This document shows, one piece after another, positions 53,822 to 62,691 of a DNA stretch of 64,000 bases. The notes beneath the pieces were generated by a model. The model was not told where the DNA came from. It saw only the letters and a program-made list of their open reading frames with translations, and did no database searches. Position 1 is the stretch's first letter. Every line of letters begins with the position of its first letter. The stretch spans positions 64,001 through 128,000 of the forward strand of contig JBGSUI010000056.1 of the NCBI GenBank assembly GCA_041736175.1, read 5' to 3'. The stretch comes from Oligoflexales bacterium. GTDB lineage: Bacteria > Bdellovibrionota_B > Oligoflexia > Oligoflexales > CAIYRB01. The translations under genes and the position numbers were made by a program.

Positions 53822-56475
53822 GCCCCCAAGGAATCTCTGGCCCCCCAATCGATAGAATCAATAGAATCGAGGGAATCGTCCAACAGGTGGTCCGCAAGTT
53901 GCCCCAGCAGAATCCCCTAAACTTTTTTTTGCACAACAACCTCCTTGCTGCCTTTGAAGTCGAGCCTTTTTGGCAGGGCGTAAGGCAAGCAGCAGCTCTC
54001 TATGGGGGGCGACCTGTCAAAGATATCACCTGGTATTTTTCTAAATGGAATGGCGGAAAAATTGCCGAAGCCGCCTTAGATGATAGCCTGCAGCGTCTTG
54101 TGGTGCGCCTAAAAGGTGCAGAAGACGCCAAAGAGCTGGGCCTCTTTCTCAAGCCCCTGATGACCCTAGGACCCCGGAGTCCCCTAGAAAACCTCCTTTG
54201 GAGGAGCGGTCACAGCAGCCCTTTCCTAACGGGATGCCTCAAGCGAGCCACCGACCAACCCCAGGCCGTGGAGTGGCCCCTAGAGGTCTTTGAGTGGTTG
54301 TGTCGCCTCCTCGAAACCCATCTCGACCAAGGTCTAGCCCCTTGGCATCCAGAACCCATGGGACTCTTGGCCCTTGCCCTCGATTTTTTGCATCCGTTAC
54401 AGATCTTGCGTAAATCCTGGGAAAAAGACCTCTACCAAAGATTGAAACCTTTGATCAAGGACCCCATACAGTCTCCAAAAGGCTACTTGGAGCAAACGAT
54501 CCAAAATTCACAACTTAACGATCAATCCTGGGAGACGATTTTTCTAAAGCTATGTTTCTCTCTCCGTGGCTGGTCGGGAATGGTGGCAAAAACCCAGACA
54601 GAGCCTGCTTTTTTTACAAAGGTTCCACCCTCGGACGTGGTTGAGCTGATTGTCCTTTTGCAGATCCTTGGAGAGATCTTAGGGATTTCTTTTGCCGAAG
54701 ACCTAGAGCCGCCCCTTTCCCAGAGCCAGTCCCAGTGGTTAGAAAATCAGTCCTGGACAACTCTTAAGCCACAGCGGGCGCAGATGCTTAGGACAATGGA
54801 CCCTGTCGTTACGGCCATGGTCTGGCATGAGGCCTTTGAGCTGACCCATTATGGGGCCTTGGTGCAAAAGTTCCAGCAGCCCTGTACTCAGCTTAACTCC
54901 CAAAAATCATCAGCCGGGGACACAGGGAGCCCTGACTACCAGGTTCTGGTTTGTATGGATGATCGTCAGGAGTCCCTCCGGCGCCATCTAGAGGATGCCG
55001 TCCCAAATGTGGTGACCTATGGAGTCTTAGGGCATTTTGGGATCGATATGAGTGTGGTTCCAGCCCACCATCCCCGCCCTCGCCAGCACTGTCCCCCCGT
55101 TATGAAACCTAGACGATCTCTTATCGAAGAGCGCCCTGGAGGCGAAGGGGGGGTAAGAGGTCCGTTGATACAAAAATTTTCTGCCCGCCATTTTCACTCC
55201 TCAAAAACCGCATGGGGTGGAGCTGCAAGCTCCCTTATTCTAGGAAACGCGGCTCTTATGCCGCTCTTTTTAAAATTTGTGACTCCACAGCTGCTCCATC
55301 GTGTCCATTTTAAATGGTCTAAGCAGATCATGAAGAAACCAAACCTAAAGCGCCCTGCCCTGCGCCTTGACCGCTACGAACACCGGGTTTACGGACCTTG
55401 CGGGTATGACCATGCTGAGCAGGCTGAGATTGTCGCGAGTCTCCTAAGCCAATCCGGGCTCCGGCGCGGACCTTTCGCAGATCTGATCATCGCCATGGGA
55501 CATGAGTCGACTGGCACCAACAACCCCTATATCCAAGCCTATGGCTGTGGTGCCTGTTCGGGCAACTCAGGCTCTCCAAATAGCCGGGCATTTGCTAAGA
55601 TGCTAAACGATCCCCTCACACGCCTAGAACTCACAAAGCTAGGGATTTTACTCCCCAACGACACCCGGTGTGTGGCCGCAGTCCACGATACCTCCCGGGA
55701 AATGATCGAAACCTTTGAAGATGAGGCCGAGCTGGCCCCAAGACACCTCCAAAAACTAACCCAACTTAAGGGTTTTTTCCTTAAGGCTCTCGAACAAAAT
55801 GCCCGGGAACGTGCGCCCCTGCTCAAAATAAAACAATCGGAAAACATCCTTAAAAAAATGGCCGATCGCCCCCTTGATCTAGCCCAGATTCGTCCTGAAT
55901 ATGGCCACTCAAGGACCCATTTTGCGTTTTTTGGCAAGCGGCGGACGACCCAAAATAGGACGTTGGAGCGCCGCTGTTTTTTGGTCTCCTACGATGAAGA
56001 TCAGGACGAGGGAGGGCAAACCCTAAGGGAGCTGCTCCACGGAGCCCTGCCTGTTGTGGCCAATATAACCCTCGACTATTTTTTTTCGTCCCTAGACTCA
56101 CGCGGATTTGGAAGCAGTAATAAAGTCCCCCTCAATGTGTCGGCCATGCTTGGAGTGATCCAAGGCTCTAGGGGCGATCTTCAGGTGGGCATGGCAGAGC
56201 AGATGGTGGAGATCCACGAGCCTATCCGGGCTTTTGCCTTGATCGAAGCTCCCCAAGACTGGATTTTAAAAGCGATCAAGAGCCATAAACGACTGACACA
56301 TCTGGTTGATAACCAGTGGCTTAGGGTGGGGCACTTTGATTCCAGGACCCAAAAGGTCAGCCATCTCGAAGGGGACCTTTGGCGCGACTTTGAGGGGAGT
56401 CAGAGTTATCCGGATTTTAGCAGTCTTTATGGAAACGATCTCAAAACCAACAAGGACCCAAAACGTGTTTTTTGA
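53818..56475 (+). CDS. dabA: DabA/MpsB (DUF2309) inorganic-carbon pump subunit
   Basis: P.QNPL.FF.HNN, CMDDRQESLRRHLE, GHFG, CP, GHES..NNP, CGACSG, HDT, RPEYGH, R.FL.SYD, HEP. Confidence 0.92.
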   Translation: MSPQGISGPPIDRINRIEGIVQQVVRKLPQQNPLNFFLHNNLLAAFEVEPFWQGVRQAAALYGGRPVKDITWYFSKWNGGKIAEAALDDSLQRLVVRLKGAEDAKELGLFLKPLMTLGPRSPLENLLWRSGHSSPFLTGCLKRATDQPQAVEWPLEVFEWLCRLLETHLDQGLAPWHPEPMGLLALALDFLHPLQILRKSWEKDLYQRLKPLIKDPIQSPKGYLEQTIQNSQLNDQSWETIFLKLCFSLRGWSGMVAKTQTEPAFFTKVPPSDVVELIVLLQILGEILGISFAEDLEPPLSQSQSQWLENQSWTTLKPQRAQMLRTMDPVVTAMVWHEAFELTHYGALVQKFQQPCTQLNSQKSSAGDTGSPDYQVLVCMDDRQESLRRHLEDAVPNVVTYGVLGHFGIDMSVVPAHHPRPRQHCPPVMKPRRSLIEERPGGEGGVRGPLIQKFSARHFHSSKTAWGGAASSLILGNAALMPLFLKFVTPQLLHRVHFKWSKQIMKKPNLKRPALRLDRYEHRVYGPCGYDHAEQAEIVASLLSQSGLRRGPFADLIIAMGHESTGTNNPYIQAYGCGACSGNSGSPNSRAFAKMLNDPLTRLELTKLGILLPNDTRCVAAVHDTSREMIETFEDEAELAPRHLQKLTQLKGFFLKALEQNARERAPLLKIKQSENILKKMADRPLDLAQIRPEYGHSRTHFAFFGKRRTTQNRTLERRCFLVSYDEDQDEGGQTLRELLHGALPVVANITLDYFFSSLDSRGFGSSNKVPLNVSAMLGVIQGSRGDLQVGMAEQMVEIHEPIRAFALIEAPQDWILKAIKSHKRLTHLVDNQWLRVGHFDSRTQKVSHLEGDLWRDFEGSQSYPDFSSLYGNDLKTNKDPKRVF

Positions 56476-58450
56476 TCAGCCTTCGTCACCACTATTTTGT
56501 TTATGGTTGACCAGCCTTCTTGCTACCGTCGGGCTGGGGGCGGCGACTCTGGTGGGCATTAAGCTTCCCGAGAGTTACTGTCGCCTATTGGTCAAAGGGA
56601 CAACTCTCTTAGGATTGATCCTTGCCCTTCTGTCGCTTCTCTTGCAAGCATTGCCTTTAGGTTTAGAGACAGCGCGGGTCACGATTCCCTGGATGCGGAC
56701 ATCCCTCCTATCGATGGATGTGGTTTTAACTGCGGATCTCTATGGGTGGACCTATCTTGCGGTGGCCCATGTGGTCTTAGGGGCCATAGGTAGGTTTTCC
56801 GCGATCTATCTGGAAAATACCCAAGGGTACCAAAAATTTATGGTCCTCCTCCTAGCCCTGCAGTGGGGTGTGATCAGCGTCATCACCAGCGACCGCTTTG
56901 AGCTGCTGATGATGGGGTGGGAGGTTGTGGGTCTTGGCTCCGTACTGCTGATTGGGTTTATCCAAGACAACCGGTTTTCCGGGTCAGGAAGCTTCACGGC
57001 GTTTGTCTCCTACAAGTTAGGCGACATAGGACTCCTGATCGCTGGAGTCATGATGCATCACTTAAGCCCCAGCGGACTGATCAGCGAAATCCACCATATC
57101 CCCAGCGAGGCCCCTCTGCTTTTTGTGTTTGGTGCGGCCATTATCTTAGGGAGTCTGGCAAAAGGCAGCCAGTTTCCTTTTGTGACCTGGCTCCCCCGAG
57201 CGATGGAAGGCCCGACGCCTTCCAGTGCTGCTTTTTATGGTGCTCTATCCGTTCATTTGGGTCCGATGTTGCTAATTAAACTACACCAGGTTTGGTCATG
57301 GTCCCCTGAACTCTCGCTGTTCGTGGGTCTTATAGGGGTGTCCACCATGGCCTTTGGCCTTAGCACTGGACGCACGGTGGCCAACTATAAGGTCCAGCTA
57401 GCCTATGGGATTATGGTCCAAATCGGTTTGATCTTTGTGGAGATTGCACTTGGTTGGTATTCCTTGGCCATGCTGCATATCTGTGGACATGCTGGATTGC
57501 GCACCGCGCAGTTTTTGCGGAGTGGATCCCTCCTGGGTGATTTTGGCGAAAATCCAGCTTTTTTGGCCCTAGGGTCGTGGGGTCGTCGAACCAGGGCTTT
57601 GGTTCCATCCCAAGCTTTAAACCAAAGAATAGCTTATGAAAAACCCAGTGGATCGATAACTTGGTCAAAGACTTTACAGCATTTTCACGCACTGGCATGG
57701 AATGAGTTTATGGTCCACCGGCTGGGAACGGACTTATTAGGGGCACCTTCTGTGGGTTTGTCCCGCTGGATGCACCGCTTGGTTGGATTCCCCCTGATCA
57801 TAGGGGTTCTTGGAATGATGGTCCTTGGGATGATGGTCATCCTGGGACTTCCTACCCTACCTACATTACTTATCCTTGGCTTGGCGGCTCTTGCCGCTAT
57901 CTTATCCTTCGAAGCACCCCGACTATCCCAGAGGTTTATCCTGGTCGGATGCGCCCATGGGCTGCTTCTCTTGGTATGCCAATCCATGGGCTTGCTGTCC
58001 CAAAGCAATCTCCTTGTCGTCAATGGTGTCTTAACAGGACTGATGGTGCTTGCTGCCCTTGGGGTCGTCCGCGATATTGAGACTCGGGCAGGTTTCCAGG
58101 TGAAGTCCGGTCAGGTAAAAGGGCTTGCGATGTCCTTTCCCCATCACGGGTCGGCGATTTTAGCAATGAGCATCACCCTGGGGATCGCTCCTGGGTCACT
58201 GCTTTTTATGATGGAAGATGTTCTCCTGGAACGGATTCTTCTTTATGGACCATGGGCTTTTGCGATGGTTTTGATTCTATCCGTTTTATTGGCCTGCTCC
58301 CTCTACAGGTCCTATACCCAATTTTTTATGGGCTATGACCGTCGGTGGATCAACCCTCCTCCGGTAAAAGCAAACATTGCGGTGTTTTGGGCCATGTTCT
58401 TGGTCTTGTTATCGATTATCCTGTCAGTTTTTCCCCAAGGTGTTTTGTAG
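56429..58450 (+). CDS. dabB: DabB/MpsA (NuoL-like proton-pumping) membrane subunit with extra C-terminal TM module
   Basis: GWE.VG..S.LLIGF, YKLGD, KGSQFPF..WLPRAMEGPTPSSA.FYG.LS.H.G, H...H...RT.QFLR; ATG 56429 overlaps dabA. Confidence 0.88.
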   Translation: METISKPTRTQNVFFDQPSSPLFCLWLTSLLATVGLGAATLVGIKLPESYCRLLVKGTTLLGLILALLSLLLQALPLGLETARVTIPWMRTSLLSMDVVLTADLYGWTYLAVAHVVLGAIGRFSAIYLENTQGYQKFMVLLLALQWGVISVITSDRFELLMMGWEVVGLGSVLLIGFIQDNRFSGSGSFTAFVSYKLGDIGLLIAGVMMHHLSPSGLISEIHHIPSEAPLLFVFGAAIILGSLAKGSQFPFVTWLPRAMEGPTPSSAAFYGALSVHLGPMLLIKLHQVWSWSPELSLFVGLIGVSTMAFGLSTGRTVANYKVQLAYGIMVQIGLIFVEIALGWYSLAMLHICGHAGLRTAQFLRSGSLLGDFGENPAFLALGSWGRRTRALVPSQALNQRIAYEKPSGSITWSKTLQHFHALAWNEFMVHRLGTDLLGAPSVGLSRWMHRLVGFPLIIGVLGMMVLGMMVILGLPTLPTLLILGLAALAAILSFEAPRLSQRFILVGCAHGLLLLVCQSMGLLSQSNLLVVNGVLTGLMVLAALGVVRDIETRAGFQVKSGQVKGLAMSFPHHGSAILAMSITLGIAPGSLLFMMEDVLLERILLYGPWAFAMVLILSVLLACSLYRSYTQFFMGYDRRWINPPPVKANIAVFWAMFLVLLSIILSVFPQGVL

Positions 58451-58452
58451 AG

Positions 58453-61086
58453 TCACTGGACGTAGGGCGGTGGCACCGTCATGATCGGGACCGAGGTGCA
58501 GCCCGTTGCAGCTGGGTTAGCGCAGCAGGCTATTTGCTGGTCCGCTGCCGCTTTATATCCCGAGGCATTCCATTGGTCCAAGGTCTGAAGGACAGGGTCG
58601 CTGGGCGGCATCCAATGACTGAGGGGCCAGGCAGCGCCTTTTGGGGAAACGTTTTTAGCGAGACTGGCACCCACAGACTGTTTAGTCCAGTCGGTGCAGG
58701 ACATAAAATTTCCAATCGTGTGGCAAGAGGTACAGGATTTGCTGCCGGAGACAGGTACGACACCAATCCCTTGAGCCTTCTCCCAGCTATTAAATATACG
58801 TGCTCCCAGCATACTGTATTTGCGTGGCGAGGCTGTAAGCTTCATCCCCGAGGGGACCAGGGGCGATCCATCCGGTAGGCGAACTTGGTCGATATAGGGG
58901 CTATGGATCCAAGGGTCAGAATCATGGCATTTATGACAGCCTACATTAAAGGTCGCCAGGGGACTCAACCAAAAGTTTGCTGCAGAGAGTGCATAGGCGG
59001 GGGAGCCGGCGGGTAGCGCTGTTTCGCTCGGAGGAGGAACTCGGCGTCCGTCGGTGTCAGGAGTGAGTCTTTGAAACCAGCAGGTCTCACCGGTGACACG
59101 GTTATGTTGGATGATGGCGATATCTTCATAGAGAGGCACCACCGATCCATCAATAGTCACCCCTTGGAATCCCTGTGGGCCAAGTCGGGCTTTGTAGTGG
59201 CGGCAAGCAAACACGGTATCAACTTCTTTTTGTTCAGACCCATCCGGACGAAAAGAGGGGAGCCGCCCATAGCGGGAGTAGGGAATGCATTGTCCTTGGT
59301 CACTCATACCTAAGAGTGCAGGCCGATCACATTGAAATTGCGTTGCGGGTGTGGTTCCAAAAGGATAGGCCGCAGCTTGGGACGCGGTCAGATTGGGGGG
59401 AATTGGGACGCCATCCAAGGTGATCGGAGCGATTTGGCCGTCGAGGCAATTGAAAGGACGGAGTGACCCAAGTCTCGCGGCGCATTGTTTGGCGTAGGAG
59501 GCCTGGTCGAGAGTCCCCGTGGCGGGCAGAGTTTTAATGGAAATTTGGTCATAAAGACTGGCGTTATTTCCTTCATCCCGGACGATCACCGTCATCCAGT
59601 AGGTTTCGGAGGGCGCTAAGCCCCCCACCATAAAGGTAGAGGCGTTAAGAGCGGGCTTGCCTGCGGAGGTGCCGTTGCTCAAGGCATTTGTTAGATCCGT
59701 GAGGATGGGTTGGGATGCGGTGACGAGTTCATAGTTTAGTTTTGAGGGTGGGCTGACCTTGTCGGTGGCTGTGATCCAGGAGATTCGGACTTCGGTGTCG
59801 GTCAGCTCAGATGCTATTAAACTACGGTTGGTGACCAGGGGTGGCGTCCCATCAGGCTTTGTGGTGACCGTTAGGGTCTCATAAGAACGAGTATTGCCGG
59901 CGCCGTCGCGGACAAGGACATAAATCTTATAGGTCTTACCGGGCACGAGCTGGTCTATTTGGATAGAGGTGATTTTTGGTGCAAAATCTTTGAGGAGACG
60001 GGCTTTACTTTGAATCTCTGCCACAGAAGCCAGCGGGTTTTCGTCGCCAATATAAACAGCATAGGCTAAGGTCTCTGACGGCGCAAGATCATCCTGGGCG
60101 AGGGACCAACGGACATCGAGACCCTCGTCCGAAAGATTGGCTGCGACCACTTGACCGGCGTTTCCGGGAGAGGGAGCGGTCCGGTCGATGGCATGGCTTT
60201 TGATGAGGGACACCGAAACCTTTAAGGTGGCCTCTAGTTTTAAATTTGTTTTCTGACCGCTGAAGTGTCGTGTCTCGATGATTTTGCCGTCTTCTCCCCG
60301 TAGGGTGACTTTAGCTTCAAACGGTTTATTTTCAGTAAGGTTGGTTAGGGTTCCCACAAACTCTCCCCCTGGGATCCAGGGGCTCACAGTCGCGCGCCAT
60401 AGGGGGGTGCCTTCCGTGCGCCACTCCCATAGAATCTGGACGCCCTGCAAAAAAGGTAAATCGGGGGTGGGGGGAGCTTTGAGAAGGTAGCCTTCATCGG
60501 CCCATTGCTGCCAAAGAGCCTGCTGCTGTGGGGTGAGAGGGGGTGCCGGGGGAGGCGGCATGGGGGCCGACGTGCTGGCTAGCCGGAGGATGATCTCAGC
60601 GACGAGGGCTTGGGGATCATTAAACCGACTGGTATAGGGCCATCCGGACATATTAAGAGGTGCCGTCGGAGAACCGGGCGGTGGAGTCGGTTGGCCAGGT
60701 CCGTGACAGCCCAGACAGTTCTGCGTCACCATAGGCTTGAGATCATCATAGGTGATGGGTGAGAGCTGACCCTCTTCAGTCACGATGACCCTCAGGAGTG
60801 CAGGGACGCTGACTTCTTTAGAGGGAGACTCCTCACCGGTGGCTGTGTTGGTTGTGGTGGAGGTGGGATTTCCCCCTAGAGTAGGCGGGGCCGAGGTGGT
60901 GCTGGTTGGACTGGGGAGACTGGAGCCTGGCTGCGGGACGACCGCAGGGCCTCCTTCGGCACTGGATGGGGAGGAAGAGGTTCGCTGATCTTGGGTGACG
61001 GGGGGCGGGGTGCAGGTGGAGGCCCCCCAAAAAAATAGCACAAGGGCAACCGATCTTGAGGACCCAAGAAACCCAGCATGAATCAT
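58453..61086 (-). CDS. Exported c-type cytochrome with three CxxCH motifs and two fibronectin type III domains
   Basis: CLGCH, CHKCH, CTSCH; FN3-like W..A.D...L.Y...L.P...Y...V.VRD..GN twice; Pro/Thr linker; start uncertain (ORF track 61173). Confidence 0.75.
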   Translation of the reverse strand: MIHAGFLGSSRSVALVLFFWGASTCTPPPVTQDQRTSSSPSSAEGGPAVVPQPGSSLPSPTSTTSAPPTLGGNPTSTTTNTATGEESPSKEVSVPALLRVIVTEEGQLSPITYDDLKPMVTQNCLGCHGPGQPTPPPGSPTAPLNMSGWPYTSRFNDPQALVAEIILRLASTSAPMPPPPAPPLTPQQQALWQQWADEGYLLKAPPTPDLPFLQGVQILWEWRTEGTPLWRATVSPWIPGGEFVGTLTNLTENKPFEAKVTLRGEDGKIIETRHFSGQKTNLKLEATLKVSVSLIKSHAIDRTAPSPGNAGQVVAANLSDEGLDVRWSLAQDDLAPSETLAYAVYIGDENPLASVAEIQSKARLLKDFAPKITSIQIDQLVPGKTYKIYVLVRDGAGNTRSYETLTVTTKPDGTPPLVTNRSLIASELTDTEVRISWITATDKVSPPSKLNYELVTASQPILTDLTNALSNGTSAGKPALNASTFMVGGLAPSETYWMTVIVRDEGNNASLYDQISIKTLPATGTLDQASYAKQCAARLGSLRPFNCLDGQIAPITLDGVPIPPNLTASQAAAYPFGTTPATQFQCDRPALLGMSDQGQCIPYSRYGRLPSFRPDGSEQKEVDTVFACRHYKARLGPQGFQGVTIDGSVVPLYEDIAIIQHNRVTGETCWFQRLTPDTDGRRVPPPSETALPAGSPAYALSAANFWLSPLATFNVGCHKCHDSDPWIHSPYIDQVRLPDGSPLVPSGMKLTASPRKYSMLGARIFNSWEKAQGIGVVPVSGSKSCTSCHTIGNFMSCTDWTKQSVGASLAKNVSPKGAAWPLSHWMPPSDPVLQTLDQWNASGYKAAADQQIACCANPAATGCTSVPIMTVPPPYVQ

Positions 61087-61257
61087 AGTTGCTTTTCCTA
61101 CAGGTCGACCAAGGGTGGCGATAGATCCTAGGACGCGAATGTTTACAAACCCCGTCCTAGGGAGATGGTCCAAAGATATGATCTTACTTTACAATCATAA
61201 TTTGGTTTAAACCTGGATTCAAGTAGACCCATGATTCGTCGTTTATAATTTCACGAC

Positions 61258-61419
61258 TTATAGCGATCTTTTTCCCATAAATATTGAGAAGATAAGACCG
61301 ACTAAAAAGAGGACGAAGAGCACCTGGGCAACCCAGGTCGCAGTCCCCGCAATGCCACCGAATCCGAAAAATCCTGCAACGATCGCCAGCACCAAAAAAA
61401 CCAAGACATAATAAAGCAC
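61258..61419 (-). CDS. DUF1328/UPF0391 (YtjA-like) small membrane protein, absent from the ORF track
   Basis: 53 aa [56 protein letters not shown] start after a GGGAG RBS. Confidence 0.9.
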   Translation of the reverse strand: MLYYVLVFLVLAIVAGFFGFGGIAGTATWVAQVLFVLFLVGLIFSIFMGKRSL

Positions 61420-61455
61420 GGAAACTCCCTTCTCCCAAGGGTTTTTAGTTGGCCT

Positions 61456-61668
61456 TTATGGCTCTTTCTTGCTGATAGAGTTGATATATTTATCCAGTTC
61501 CTTTTCAGCATCCTCCTGGCCAATCCCGTAACGTTCTTGGATTTTTCCAAGCATACGGTCTTTTTTTCCAGCGATGACTTCGAAATCACTGTCGGTAATT
61601 TTCCCCCATTTCTCTCGGAGATGACCCTTAAAAGTTTTCCATTGGCCTTCCATTTGATCCCAGTTCAT
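61456..61668 (-). CDS. csbD: CsbD/YjbJ family general stress protein
   Basis: MNWDQ.EG.WK..KG...EKWGK.TD.D...I.G..D...GKIQERYG. Confidence 0.93.
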   Translation of the reverse strand: MNWDQMEGQWKTFKGHLREKWGKITDSDFEVIAGKKDRMLGKIQERYGIGQEDAEKELDKYINSISKKEP

Positions 61669-61697
61669 AGCTTTGTTCCTTTTATTGTTTGATATGA

Positions 61698-62306
61698 TTA
61701 GTGAGCTAAACCTTCGCCTGCCTGTCTTAGGATAACGACTGCTTTTCCCGGTCCACCTTTGTCTCGGATCGTATTGCCAATATCATCAAGGATTCGGTCC
61801 TCCTGGTCGGTTGGTTTTCCGACTCCTTTGATTTTGGTGTCGTCGGTATTAAAAAGCCTGCCAAACCAGCTAGGGTTTTCAGTCATGGTATAGGTTTCAA
61901 TCTCTTTGACACCTTGGGTCTCTAAAACGTGTTTGATCGAGGCGACGCGTGCCTTTGCGATCTCGATATCTTTTTTGTTAAGGCTTGCACCTTTCATAGC
62001 GGGGTAGTCTTTGTCTGACCAGGCCGCAATGATGACGCGGGCGATAGCACCTGAATTTTTAGCAGCGTTGACGGTGGCAATCAGATTACTCCGCTCTGAT
62101 TCGGTCAGCGTCGCGCCGCTCTTTGAAAAGGTGATGGTGGTTGTATTTTTTTTGAGGATCTCAAAGAGTTTTGTCCTGGCATCTTCGGTCAGACTGTAGG
62201 GTGTTAGATTGGTCTGGGCAAAGACTGGACCTGTGGTCTCAAAGGTAAGTAGGGACGCTGCAAGCACGACGCTTACAGTGAGATTCCGTCGTTTAAATGT
62301 TGTCAT
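61698..62306 (-). CDS. Secreted hypothetical protein (remote OmpA-C-like fold possible)
   Basis: Signal peptide ending VFA; ITF...A.L, AWSD..YP...A..R pattern. Confidence 0.6.
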   Translation of the reverse strand: MTTFKRRNLTVSVVLAASLLTFETTGPVFAQTNLTPYSLTEDARTKLFEILKKNTTTITFSKSGATLTESERSNLIATVNAAKNSGAIARVIIAAWSDKDYPAMKGASLNKKDIEIAKARVASIKHVLETQGVKEIETYTMTENPSWFGRLFNTDDTKIKGVGKPTDQEDRILDDIGNTIRDKGGPGKAVVILRQAGEGLAH

Positions 62307-62691
62307 GGATCTATCCTTTCAAGTTTGTTTGTCGCTCTAGCCTAGCAGGTGACTTAACTTGACACCGATAGGCGGATGCTAGCCCATTTTTATAAAAAAC
62401 CAAACAAAATGAGCGAATAACTACAAAATAATATCTATTCAAAAACCGACGCCAACCAATTTTGTATAGGACTAGACTTAGTGATGTATAGTCAAAATAT
62501 ATTTAAATATAATGAGAGAGCAGTGCATTCTCCGTTGGTAATCATCGATTGTTTATCGTAAGTAAGATGTCGATGGTCCGGAGATTTCCATGAACGATCC
62601 GGAGTTCAACTTAACCAAGAGGAGTCAGGATATGCAGGCAGCAACATCCAAAGGTGGGGGTCCAGTCTCTTCTGTGTACTCGGAGGTACTT

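Noticed and set aside
57808..57846. LGMMV duplication in dabB
   Set aside because: Short in-frame duplication in a TM segment, no further significance evident
56306..58450. nuoL of respiratory complex I
   Set aside because: No other nuo genes; adjacency to DUF2309 indicates DabB/MpsA
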